Source of the DNA: Thermoplasmatota archaeon
GTDB lineage: Archaea; Thermoplasmatota; E2; JACPAO01; JAHFTW01
Length of the DNA: 64,000 bases
NCBI GenBank assembly: GCA_041601615.1
Contig: JBFIHX010000002.1
Span: 46,026-110,025, forward strand
Reading direction: 5' to 3'
Positions 18,825 to 27,914 of this stretch are shown in pieces. Each line of letters starts with the position of its first letter. Positions within the stretch are counted from its first letter, which is position 1. The translations under genes and the position numbers were made by a program. The notes under the pieces were generated by a model. The model was not told the origin of the DNA, searched no databases, and saw only the letters and a list, made by a program, of their open reading frames with translations.

Positions 18825-20126
18825 ATGAGCGGCCTCGTCGCCACCCGGCGCGTCTTGCACTTTCTGCTACTGACCGGCACCGCCGGCGGATTTGCAGTGC
18901 TGAGCGAAAGCTGGGTGCCGGCGACCGTAATCCTGCCCTTGATGGGTGCTCTCGTCGTAGCGCTGTTCGAAGTCCTCCTACCCCTGCCCAAATGGGCCCG
19001 CCGCGAAGTCGGAACCGGCGTCATGTTGCGCGAAGACGAACTGGAAGTGACGGTACGCATGGGCTTCTGCGTCATGCCCTACAACCTCACCATCCGCGAA
19101 CGGTTCCCCGAAGGCATCGAACTCAAAGACCACAGCCAAGAGCCAATTCGGATCATGCAGCACCGCGTCAAGGGCCGCAAAAACCACACCATCGAAGGCA
19201 AGTACTTCCTTCATGCCCGCCGCCGCGGCGACTGGGACCTCGGCCCCTGCCGCGTCGTGCGCACCTCGATGCTCGGCCTGTTTGAACGCGCCGTGGACCT
19301 GCCCACCAGCACCCAAACCACGGTCATGCCAGTGACGGCCAAACAGCGCAACATGAAGCTCGCACCCAAGCCCTTGACGCCCGAAGGCATTCCCAGCCGC
19401 AGCGGCCGGCGCGGCCCCGGAGACACGTTCTACGCCCTGCGCGAATACCAACCCGGCGACAACATGAGCGACGTGAATTGGAAGGCCACCGCACGCATGG
19501 GCAAGCCGATCACCAACGAGTACCTACCCGACGAACCGGCGCGCTACCTCCTGTACATCGACACCCGCAGCTTCGGCGCCGAGGTCGGAAAAGTGGACGT
19601 CTTCGAGCGCACCCTGGAACTTGGAGCCGTCTTGATGGAGGGGCTGTACAGCGCCCACGCCCACGTCGGACTCGTACTCCTTTCCCAACGCGCCCAATTC
19701 AAAGTCCCCGCCGCAGGAGCCGTCCACATGCAAAAGACACGGCGCATGATTCTCTCGGCAATTCCCGGCGAAGAAGCCCCCCTGCTGCAACTCGTCGAAG
19801 GCGGAGCCCCGCACCTGCCGCGACGAACAAGCGCCATCCTCGTCACGCCGAATCTGTACGAACCGACCCTGCAAGCGACCCTTATGTTCCTTCGCGCCCA
19901 CCACGGCAACGTTCTGCTGCTCGTCCCCGCATTCCCTGAACCCGAAGCAGACCACGAATCAGCCGAACGCGCCGCCGGCGCCCTTCTAAACGCCGACCAA
20001 GCCGCCGTCATGGCCGACTTGAGAAACTACGTGGATGGTGCTGCGCAATGGCCCCCCGGCCAAAGCATCGTGATGACCCTCGCCAAACTCGGCCTCATTG
20101 GCCGCATGCGCTCCGGAGGCCCGTAG
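18825..20126 (+). CDS. DUF58 domain-containing membrane protein
   Basis: RRGDWDLGP, FYALREYQPGDNMSDVNWKATAR; directly after moxR. Confidence 0.92.
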   Translation: MSGLVATRRVLHFLLLTGTAGGFAVLSESWVPATVILPLMGALVVALFEVLLPLPKWARREVGTGVMLREDELEVTVRMGFCVMPYNLTIRERFPEGIELKDHSQEPIRIMQHRVKGRKNHTIEGKYFLHARRRGDWDLGPCRVVRTSMLGLFERAVDLPTSTQTTVMPVTAKQRNMKLAPKPLTPEGIPSRSGRRGPGDTFYALREYQPGDNMSDVNWKATARMGKPITNEYLPDEPARYLLYIDTRSFGAEVGKVDVFERTLELGAVLMEGLYSAHAHVGLVLLSQRAQFKVPAAGAVHMQKTRRMILSAIPGEEAPLLQLVEGGAPHLPRRTSAILVTPNLYEPTLQATLMFLRAHHGNVLLLVPAFPEPEADHESAERAAGALLNADQAAVMADLRNYVDGAAQWPPGQSIVMTLAKLGLIGRMRSGGP

Positions 20127-20127
20127 C

Positions 20128-21006
20128 GTGTCCATTTGGCCAAGCCACATGAGTGGACGCATCCCAAGCTTCCTGATGTGGGCCGCCGGCCTCGGATTTG
20201 CCGGCCTCGGAGACGCCAACGACCTTGTCTACATCCCCGCTGCCGCCTGGCTCGGCGCCGCCCTCGCCCTCCTGATGTACGTTCTCTGGGGCGAGCGCAC
20301 AAGACCCAAACCCAACGGCTTCTGGATTCTGCTCGGCATCGTCTGGACCGCAGGATTCCTCGTTCCCTTCCAACCCATGCACGGACTCGTTGCCGGCACC
20401 GCCGTCGCCCTGCTGTGGCTGCACGACGCCCCCGGCTCCCCCAGCGCCATGCTCAGCTGGGGCCTCTTCGTACTCATCTGGCAAGGCGACCCGAGCGTAT
20501 GGCGCGATGCGGGCATGGACCAAGCGTTCTACGTCGCCATCGGCATGACCCTCGTGGTCTTCGGCGCCCAACTCGAACGCGAACGCCTCGCAAGGCGCCG
20601 CTACGCCCGCATCGGCTACACCTGGAACACCGTCCGCATCAGCATCGTCGCCATCATCACGCTCGTGCTGCTGGCCGGCCGCGAAACCCTCGGCGCCGCG
20701 AGCCTGTTTTCCGCCCTCGGCATCGACATCAGCGGCATCGGCGGCAAAGTCGCCATGATTGGAGTCCTGCTCGCGAGCCTCGGCGTCGCAGCGGCATTGT
20801 TCCGCGTGCGACCCACCAAGGTACGCGTCAAGGCCGTGCCCGTTCGCCAAAGTTTCGACGACAAAACGCCGACGCGAGCAGCCGTTGCACCAGCAAACGC
20901 AGCCGTGGCAAAGAAAGTCGCGCAAGTCACAGGGGAAAAGCCCGTGAAGAGGGAAAAGGCGGCGCCCGAAGGGCCGTTGCAGCCGGGGGAGATTGACTTT
21001 GACTAG
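20128..21006 (+). CDS. Polytopic membrane protein, last gene of the MoxR cluster
   Basis: About 8 hydrophobic segments and a basic C-tail ending GEIDFD; starts 1 nt after the DUF58 stop. Confidence 0.75.
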   Translation: MSIWPSHMSGRIPSFLMWAAGLGFAGLGDANDLVYIPAAAWLGAALALLMYVLWGERTRPKPNGFWILLGIVWTAGFLVPFQPMHGLVAGTAVALLWLHDAPGSPSAMLSWGLFVLIWQGDPSVWRDAGMDQAFYVAIGMTLVVFGAQLERERLARRRYARIGYTWNTVRISIVAIITLVLLAGRETLGAASLFSALGIDISGIGGKVAMIGVLLASLGVAAALFRVRPTKVRVKAVPVRQSFDDKTPTRAAVAPANAAVAKKVAQVTGEKPVKREKAAPEGPLQPGEIDFD

Positions 21007-21055
21007 CCCTTAGGCACCGGGGCGAAGATATTGTGCATCTGCCGGGGCGAGCGCA

Positions 21056-21685
21056 TCAAGCGAGTCGAGCTGTGCAGCCATCGGGCCCCCAGCTTGCTTC
21101 GTAGTTTGCATGAGACATCGTCAAAGTCGGGGGCACCTGGAGGGCAGTTGTGGCAGCAAGGGCGCCACTGAGCGGCAACCCTAGGCCTTCTGAGATTGCC
21201 CAGAGTGTGCCCTCTGCATCGACGCCAACGGGTCCAGAAATGGTTCGTTGGGCATCGAAGGGAGTGGCGAGGCACCCAACAGCAGCGGAATCAAGGTCAA
21301 TCGGAGGAAGATCGACCAAGTCGTAGGGGTCGAATTCGCATGCAGCGGCCACCGAGCCGAGCCGGTTGATTGCCTTCGCCGCAGCCCAGGTGGCCTGGAC
21401 GTACAAGCCCCGGTAATGGGCCACTTCGTGCCGTTGGGTAATCAAGATTGAGAAATCCTGATGGGTTGTGGATCCTCCGAACCCCTGCCCGTCCGCATCG
21501 ACGGCTACGTAAGGGATGTAAATGACTGGGAAAACGAAGACGGCGTTTGCTCTTGCCTCGGCCGTAGATTCGGTTGCGCCACAGATCACCTCAGCGGAGG
21601 TTCCAACGCCTTGGGATGCTTGGGCCGTGGGCATTACCAGGGGAAGCATGAGCAGTACTATTATTAGTGAAGTGAGGGGTTTCAT
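21056..21685 (-). CDS. Secreted hypothetical protein with Cys residues
   Basis: Signal peptide MKPLTSLIIVLLMLPLVMPTAQA from ATG 21685; strong upstream promoter. Confidence 0.65.
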   Translation of the reverse strand: MKPLTSLIIVLLMLPLVMPTAQASQGVGTSAEVICGATESTAEARANAVFVFPVIYIPYVAVDADGQGFGGSTTHQDFSILITQRHEVAHYRGLYVQATWAAAKAINRLGSVAAACEFDPYDLVDLPPIDLDSAAVGCLATPFDAQRTISGPVGVDAEGTLWAISEGLGLPLSGALAATTALQVPPTLTMSHANYEASWGPDGCTARLA

Positions 21686-21783
21686 ATTCTTATCCTGGCT
21701 CGATGAGCCATGCAAGCCATGTAATTGAGCTTCTATTACCGTATGCGTTGCTATGTTCCCCGACATAAAGCATCTAATTATTG

Positions 21784-21803
21784 ATATAAATTATTCCTTT
21801 TTT
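21784..21803 (-). promoter_or_regulatory. Archaeal BRE + TATA box for 21056..21685
   Basis: Minus strand reads AAAAAAGGAATAA-TTTATAT: purine-rich BRE followed by TTTATA. Confidence 0.6.
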
Positions 21804-21994
21804 GGTTCAGGTGCTGGGGCGCATCACGCAGTACGCCGCCAAGATTGCGCAAGAACTCCTAGAGCTTGGGCCCAACCGAAGAGCCGTGGGCATGCGGGAG
21901 AATTCCAAGGAGTGTGCACGCCAGCCCAAGCTGCATTTCTCAGCCGGCCTCAAGTCCAACCGATGAAATCGAGAATGGTCCACCATCGCATGGA

Positions 21995-22507
21995 TTACAA
22001 CGGCCCCAACCGCGTCAATCGCAGCCCCGCCACGACAAGCCAGGGCCCCGCGAGGCCCACGGTGGCCGCCACTGCAAACAAGGGAATGAACAGAACTCCA
22101 TCGAAACCCTGCACGGCCGACCACGCAGCCACCGGAAGGCCTGCAATGCCAAGCGGGAACAAAATCAGGCCTAGGGCCTTGGCGGGTTGACGCACCCAGG
22201 CTTCTCCCATCAGGAGTGCACGATACAGCCGAGCCGGGACCCACGCCAGCGCCAAAAACAACGCGCCGGCCACGATGGCGCCCAGGATTGCAAACCAAAT
22301 TGCTTCCAGAATATCGTTGGAGCTTCCCCATGCAGTGAGGAGGATGATGATCCCGGCGCACCAAATTCCAAGCAAAACTGCCAGGACAGACGCCAAGACC
22401 CACGCGATGCTGCGCATGGATCGAGCCGCCGGCCGCCACTCCAGAGGCGCAATTTCTGGAGGAAGGCGTAATCGGCGCAAAGGCCCCCAAACCCAGCGCA
22501 CGCTCAT
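21995..22507 (-). CDS. Four-TM membrane protein
   Basis: Four hydrophobic segments; fills the gap between secreted-protein genes. Confidence 0.65.
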   Translation of the reverse strand: MSVRWVWGPLRRLRLPPEIAPLEWRPAARSMRSIAWVLASVLAVLLGIWCAGIIILLTAWGSSNDILEAIWFAILGAIVAGALFLALAWVPARLYRALLMGEAWVRQPAKALGLILFPLGIAGLPVAAWSAVQGFDGVLFIPLFAVAATVGLAGPWLVVAGLRLTRLGPL

Positions 22508-22638
22508 GACCTACAAGCCCCCATCCAGTTCAAGAAACATAGGGTTGGTTTGATGCAACGTTCATTGCCTGGAACCATGCCTCAAATTGGCAAGTGAAAA
22601 AGAGGGGAGAAGGCTAGTTCGCTGCAAAGTTGGAGGGC

Positions 22639-23322
22639 TCAGACCTCAATTTGGATGTCGCAGACGCCCGGTGCAAAGTTGGCTTCCACCTGGACGTTGC
22701 TTACTTCGAACTCGCTCAAGTTGGCGACCGTCTTCAGAACGGCCGTGCCGTAATCGATGCTCGTGGGAAGGACAACGTCCTGGCCGTCGCGCTGGCCTAT
22801 GAGGACCGTGTTGCCGAGTTTGTCGGTGGCAATGGCGCCCTTGAAGTTGCTGATGCCGGAATCGTTCTTGGCTTCACAGACGACGCCAACGCCGTCGACC
22901 GGGAACACAATGCCGCCGCCGTGGGTGTGGGAGCCAGGGTAGGTGCAGTTGGCCCAGTAGAACGAGGAACCCGATTGGGCGCTGGCGCTTGCCTGCTTGG
23001 GGCCTTCGCCGTCGTAGGAGCTCGACGCGGTGACGGTGTGCTGGCCCTTGTGGTAGTAGTTGTTCTGTCCGGCGCCCATTTGGCCGTAGGTGTAAGCACT
23101 GGCAGAGTATCCGGCAGGGTGGTCGGCGGCGTACCCGGCAGAGCGGGCCCCAAATTCGCCGCATGCAGTGAATGCAGAGACGAGGATTTCCAAGTGGTCG
23201 TCGTCAGGGTACACCACAACGGATCCACCTACGCCCCAGTGCAAAGCAGAGACGGCAGGCACAAGGAGCAGGAACGCTGCAAACATCGTGATGGAGATTT
23301 TTCCAGGAGTCTTGTTGGTCAT
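22639..23322 (-). CDS. Secreted hypothetical protein (beta-rich, 4 Cys)
   Basis: Signal peptide MTNKTPGKISITMFAAFLLLVPAVSA from ATG 23322. Confidence 0.7.
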   Translation of the reverse strand: MTNKTPGKISITMFAAFLLLVPAVSALHWGVGGSVVVYPDDDHLEILVSAFTACGEFGARSAGYAADHPAGYSASAYTYGQMGAGQNNYYHKGQHTVTASSSYDGEGPKQASASAQSGSSFYWANCTYPGSHTHGGGIVFPVDGVGVVCEAKNDSGISNFKGAIATDKLGNTVLIGQRDGQDVVLPTSIDYGTAVLKTVANLSEFEVSNVQVEANFAPGVCDIQIEV

Positions 23323-23480
23323 AGGAACCAATTTTCGCAGGCTGCGTGGGGAGTTTGACAGTATGCGTTTCGTCGTTCCCCTGGGAATAAAACAACCAAA
23401 GTTGGGCGGCATTGATTCCATGTTCTTGCACCGATTGCAAGCGCGACACCCTCAAATCCTCCTACCCGCAAGCCCCCTTC

Positions 23481-24338
23481 GTGGCCAAGGTCAAAATCGG
23501 CATCGTCCAAACCCACGCCGACGACACCCGGGAGGCAAACTTGGAGCGAACGCTCCGGCTCATCGACGAGGCCGCCGCCGCCGGCGCCAACATCGTGTGC
23601 CTGCAAGAGCTGTTTCTAGGCCCGTACTTTTGTCAGGAAGAAGACCACGCCGAATTCGACCGCGCCGAAGCGGTACCGGGTCCCACCACAGACTTACTTG
23701 CCAAGAAAGCAGCAGAGCACGAGATCGTCATCCTTGTGAGTCTGTTTGAGAAGCGCGCCAAGGGCCTCTACCACAACACGCTGGCGGTGCTCGACGCCGA
23801 CGGCACTTACTTGGGCAAGTACCGCAAAATGCACATCCCGGACGACCCTCGGTTCTACGAGAAATTCTACTTCGCCCCCGGCGACCTCGGATTCAAGGCC
23901 TGGGACACGCGCTACGGCCGCATCGGCACCCTCGTGTGCTGGGACCAATGGTACCCCGAAGCCGCCCGCATCACCGCCCTGCAAGGCGCAGACATTCTGT
24001 TCTACCCCACCGCCATCGGCACCTGGCAAGGCGAAATGGAGGTCAAGGAGGAGCAACTGCGTGCCTGGCAAGCAGTCCAACGCGGCCACGCCGTCGCCAA
24101 CAACGTCTACACCGTCGCCGTCAACCGCGTAGGCACCGAGGAGGAGCTGAATTTCTGGGGCCACAGCTTCGTTTTTGGACCGGCTGGCGAAACCGTCACG
24201 GAACTCGGAGAGGCCGAAGAAGTGCGCGTGGTCGAAGTGGATCTAGACCGCATCGAGACCGTGCGCCGCGGCTGGCCGTTCTTCAGAGACCGCCGCGTGG
24301 ACGCCTACGAGGACCTCGGGCGACGTTTCGTCGACTAA
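23481..24338 (+). CDS. aguB: N-carbamoylputrescine amidase (carbon-nitrogen hydrolase family)
   Basis: CLQELF, YRKMHIPDDPRFYEKFYF, VCWDQWYPE (E-K-C triad), FYPTAIG. Agmatine deiminase lies 2.5 kb downstream. Confidence 0.88.
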   Translation: MAKVKIGIVQTHADDTREANLERTLRLIDEAAAAGANIVCLQELFLGPYFCQEEDHAEFDRAEAVPGPTTDLLAKKAAEHEIVILVSLFEKRAKGLYHNTLAVLDADGTYLGKYRKMHIPDDPRFYEKFYFAPGDLGFKAWDTRYGRIGTLVCWDQWYPEAARITALQGADILFYPTAIGTWQGEMEVKEEQLRAWQAVQRGHAVANNVYTVAVNRVGTEEELNFWGHSFVFGPAGETVTELGEAEEVRVVEVDLDRIETVRRGWPFFRDRRVDAYEDLGRRFVD

Positions 24339-24370
24339 GGCGAACATTTCTCTGGGCGACCACAACCTTC

Positions 24371-25411
24371 ATGGGCTTTTGCCGCAAGTGCCCCAGCGTG
24401 CGCCTGGCTTTGCTGCTCTTGACGTTGACTCTTCTCTTGCCAGGAGCCGCCGCAACGCCGACCGAAGAGCCCGAATTTCAGCCACTGACAATGTATCCTC
24501 AATACACCAGCATCCTCGGCCGAATCACCCGCGACCCCACACCGGACCCGTGGGTTTGGACAGACGACTCGGTGTGCCTCGACGAAGATGAGGTCCAATT
24601 TTCCATCTCCAGTGGCCGGCCCGTGCTGGAGAATGGCGAACTTATCGTCGAGGGCACCCTTGGCATGGATGGGCGAATCCAAATTGCAGCCGCAAGCACC
24701 CTGTCCTGGGTGGTGCAAGTACCCACGCTCCTACCTGTGCCCTCCGTGATCGTAACTGCCAGCGTGGAGCTGGTGCAAGGCGAGATCTTGCTTCAGGGCC
24801 AGCACGAAGCAACCTTGGCTCCCGACGCCCCAACCTACGAGGCAACCAATGGAGCATTCGACATCCATCGCATCGACATCCACTTGCAGGGCGAGGGTGA
24901 CTACACCCAACTCGAACGTTCCACACTTGTCAACGTACGCATCGAATCCCCGGCCTGCCTGGCGAGGCACCACAGCAGCCCTGACCACCGACCCCAGTGG
25001 GACCTCGAAGCCGGCTCCCCATTGCAAGCAAGATCCCCCGTCTACGACGGCGAGACATTTGCCGCTTGGGTCGGCAGCGCCTGGGGCCCCGACGACCTTC
25101 GCATCGGAGACCTGCAAGTCAAGTGGCAAAGCGCCCAAGCCAACTACACACTCAGCCAGATCGACGGGGAGGCCATTTGCCATTGCGAGAACGACTCCTA
25201 CCAATTCTGGGTGACATGGGCCGGGCCCGACCCGGGCGACGCCTGGAGCGCCACCGCAGAAGTGGGAAGCCACGCGCACACCGGAACCCGAACCCTGTTT
25301 GCTGCCCACGGCGCAATTTCACCCACCCAAACCACGCCCGCCGGCAGCACCGGAACCACCCTCCTCCTGCTCGGCGTCCTTGTCATGGCCGCATCGTGGC
25401 GCCGACACTAA
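24371..25411 (+). CDS. Secreted surface protein with CTERM-like C-terminal anchor
   Basis: Signal peptide; C-terminus TQTTPAGSTGTTLLLLGVLVMAASWRRH (Pro motif, TM, basic tail). Confidence 0.75.
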   Translation: MGFCRKCPSVRLALLLLTLTLLLPGAAATPTEEPEFQPLTMYPQYTSILGRITRDPTPDPWVWTDDSVCLDEDEVQFSISSGRPVLENGELIVEGTLGMDGRIQIAAASTLSWVVQVPTLLPVPSVIVTASVELVQGEILLQGQHEATLAPDAPTYEATNGAFDIHRIDIHLQGEGDYTQLERSTLVNVRIESPACLARHHSSPDHRPQWDLEAGSPLQARSPVYDGETFAAWVGSAWGPDDLRIGDLQVKWQSAQANYTLSQIDGEAICHCENDSYQFWVTWAGPDPGDAWSATAEVGSHAHTGTRTLFAAHGAISPTQTTPAGSTGTTLLLLGVLVMAASWRRH

Positions 25412-25592
25412 ACGGCCCCCCCACGGCTAGCTTCGCCGCTTGCCCAAGAACATTTCTTCGTCGCGCCGCACAGGTTCATAAACCAACTCGGCAGGTAATC
25501 AACACGACCCGGGCCGGCCCTGGAAGCCACACCACCACACCGAGGCATTTCGAGGACCACCCCACCGGCTCGGGTCCTCAACTTCTAAGGCG

Positions 25593-25916
25593 CTATTTGG
25601 ACGGCAATCCCGCCGTGAACGCCAATGCCCGTTGTGTCCACTCGCGCAATTGGTCGTCGTCCGCGATGCCTTCAGGCAGAACATACATCATGCTCGGCAT
25701 GGGCCGTCCCGTGAAGTCCATATTCGCCGTCTCCGGCTCTTTGCGGTATTCGGCCACCAACTCCTTCGACAGACGCAGCATCATCTTGTCACCGACGATG
25801 CCGCAAGCCATATTGCCCCGGTCCAAAAAACAGAGGCCGCCGAACATTTTCTTCTCGGTCACGTGCGCGGGCATTGCGTCGCGCATCCGATCGGCGAGCC
25901 CCGAATCAAAGGCCAT
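25593..25916 (-). CDS. TfoX/Sxy N-terminal domain protein
   Basis: EKKMFGGLCFLDRGNMACGI...GRPM...LREW...ALAF. Confidence 0.9.
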   Translation of the reverse strand: MAFDSGLADRMRDAMPAHVTEKKMFGGLCFLDRGNMACGIVGDKMMLRLSKELVAEYRKEPETANMDFTGRPMPSMMYVLPEGIADDDQLREWTQRALAFTAGLPSK

Positions 25917-25937
25917 GCAAACGGATGGGCGCCCTGA

Positions 25938-26258
25938 TTATTTGGGCGGGAGGGTCCGTGCGTACGCAAGTGCACGATCCATCCACGCTTCGAGCGCGCG
26001 GTCTTCCGCCACGTCCTCTTGATCCACCAGGAACCAACCCGCCATTGGCTTGCCCTTGCCCATCGGATCAAACGGCACCACTCCTTCCGTGACCGCGTCC
26101 GCATCGGGCCCGAGGCGAACCAGCAAAGCATCCTTGGAAACGCCGAACGCCATGTTGCCTTCAGAGAGCCAACAACGAGCGCCAAATACGTTCTTCTCGC
26201 GGGCACCGCCGGGGGCCAAATCACGAAGGCGCGATGCAAGGACCTCGTCGTAGGCCAT
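25938..26258 (-). CDS. TfoX/Sxy N-terminal domain protein (tandem paralog)
   Basis: MAYDEVLASR...EKNVFGARCWLSEGNMAFGV...GKPMAGWFLV...LEAWMDRAL. Confidence 0.88.
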   Translation of the reverse strand: MAYDEVLASRLRDLAPGGAREKNVFGARCWLSEGNMAFGVSKDALLVRLGPDADAVTEGVVPFDPMGKGKPMAGWFLVDQEDVAEDRALEAWMDRALAYARTLPPK

Positions 26259-26350
26259 ACCCCATGAGTCCATTGGTCGCACTTGTTCCTGCCGGACCGG
26301 ACCGGCGGACCTGGGACAATCCTTTCAGCCTCGACCAGCGACTGGCAACC

Positions 26351-26884
26351 ATGGAACAAGCGACCCTCGGCGGAGGCTGCTTCTGGTGCGTCGAAGCAGC
26401 TCTTCTGCAACTCAAAGGTGTAGCAAGCGTCGTAAGTGGCTACGCAGGCGGCCCCTCCCCTTCCCCGACCTACGAACAAGTATGCTCCGGCCGCAGCGGG
26501 CACGCAGAAGTGACTCAGGTCACCTTCGACCCCGCCATCATCACATTCGCCGAGTTGCTGGAGGTGTTTTTCACCATCCACGACCCCACGACCAAAGACC
26601 GCCAAGGCGCCGACGTCGGGAGCCAATACCGCAGCATCATCCTTGCCCACGACGACGAGCAAATGGAGGCCGCCGGCCGCGTCGCAGCGGAAGTCCAAGC
26701 CTACTACGACGCGCCCATCGTCACTGAAATCGTTCGACTTGAGAAGTTCTGGCCCGGCGAAGCGCACCACCAAAACTACTACGCCCGCAACCCCAACCAA
26801 GGGTACTGCGCCGCCGTGATTGCCCCGAAGCTCGCCAAGTTGCGACAGAAATGGGCGCACCGGCTCAAAGCCCCGGCAGCCTGA
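26351..26884 (+). CDS. msrA: Peptide methionine sulfoxide reductase A
   Basis: GGGCFWCVE, PTYEQVC, RQGADVGSQYRS, HHQNYY, GYC. Confidence 0.97.
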   Translation: MEQATLGGGCFWCVEAALLQLKGVASVVSGYAGGPSPSPTYEQVCSGRSGHAEVTQVTFDPAIITFAELLEVFFTIHDPTTKDRQGADVGSQYRSIILAHDDEQMEAAGRVAAEVQAYYDAPIVTEIVRLEKFWPGEAHHQNYYARNPNQGYCAAVIAPKLAKLRQKWAHRLKAPAA

Positions 26885-26909
26885 AGTTCCAAACCCATTC
26901 GACGAACCC

Positions 26910-27899
26910 GTGCCCTGGCGCCTGCCCGCAGAATGGGAACCACAGTCTACCGTCCTCTTCGTCTGGCCCCGCGACCCCTTGACTTGGCCCGACCGCCTGC
27001 CCGAGGCCCGCGCCGCCTACGCAAGCGCCATTCGGGCCGTCGCAGCCCACCAAGACGTGGACCTCGTCGTCCATCCCGACTTGCTGGCCGATGCCAAGGC
27101 GGCACTCGCGGGCGTCGAGCGCGTCCGATTCTGGCCCACAGTGCACCAGGACAGTTGGGTGCGCGACTACGGACCCCTCACCCTCGTGGACGACCAAGAC
27201 GGCCGACGCTTGCTGAAGTTCGAATTCGACGCCTGGGGCGGAAAATACGAGAGCCTTCTTGCTGACGACGCCGTAGTAGGACGTCTCGTGGACGCCGGAT
27301 GTCTCTCCAAGCCCGAATTCGTGCCGTTCGTGCTTGAAGGCGGCGCCGTCGAAACCGATGGCCAAGGCACGTTCCTTGCCACCGAATCCGTGTGCGAAGG
27401 GCGCGGACAGACCCTAGCCGAGCACGAAGCGGCCCTGCGTGCGCACCTTGGTGCAAAGCACGTCATATGGCTCGGAGAGGGCATTGAGGGCGACGACACA
27501 GACGGCCACATCGACACCCTCACCCGGTTCGTTCGGCCCGGCACCGTCGTGACCACCGTTGCGCCCGAAGGACACCCGGATTACGATGCGCTGGCTGAAA
27601 ATCGAAGGCGACTCGCTGCGGCAGTGGACGCATCGGGACAACCCTTGGAGGTCGTGGAATTGCCCATGCCGCCCGCACAGAGCACGGACGACGGCGAGCC
27701 ATTGCCCGCAGGCCATGCCAATTTCCTGATCACCAACGGCTGCGTGCTCGTGCCAGGCTTTGGCGGTCCTTCGGATGCCGTCGCCGCCGAGATGCTAGAG
27801 CGGCTCGTGGGCCGGCCGGCGGTTTTGGTGGACCACCGATCCCTCATCTGGGGCTTTGGCGGAATCCACTGTCTTTCGATGCAGCTACCCAAGGCCTAG
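26910..27899 (+). CDS. aguA: Agmatine deiminase (peptidylarginine deiminase superfamily)
   Basis: PAEWEP, DSWVRDYGP, LEGGAVETDGQGT, DDTDGHID, GFGGIHCLSMQ. Start uncertain. Confidence 0.93.
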   Translation: MPWRLPAEWEPQSTVLFVWPRDPLTWPDRLPEARAAYASAIRAVAAHQDVDLVVHPDLLADAKAALAGVERVRFWPTVHQDSWVRDYGPLTLVDDQDGRRLLKFEFDAWGGKYESLLADDAVVGRLVDAGCLSKPEFVPFVLEGGAVETDGQGTFLATESVCEGRGQTLAEHEAALRAHLGAKHVIWLGEGIEGDDTDGHIDTLTRFVRPGTVVTTVAPEGHPDYDALAENRRRLAAAVDASGQPLEVVELPMPPAQSTDDGEPLPAGHANFLITNGCVLVPGFGGPSDAVAAEMLERLVGRPAVLVDHRSLIWGFGGIHCLSMQLPKA

Positions 27900-27914
27900 A
27901 GGCCAGGGACTGAT

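Noticed and set aside
25593-26258. Natural-competence regulon inferred from TfoX/Sxy
   Set aside because: Only the N-terminal domain is present and there are no com or pilus genes; the domain alone does not imply competence.
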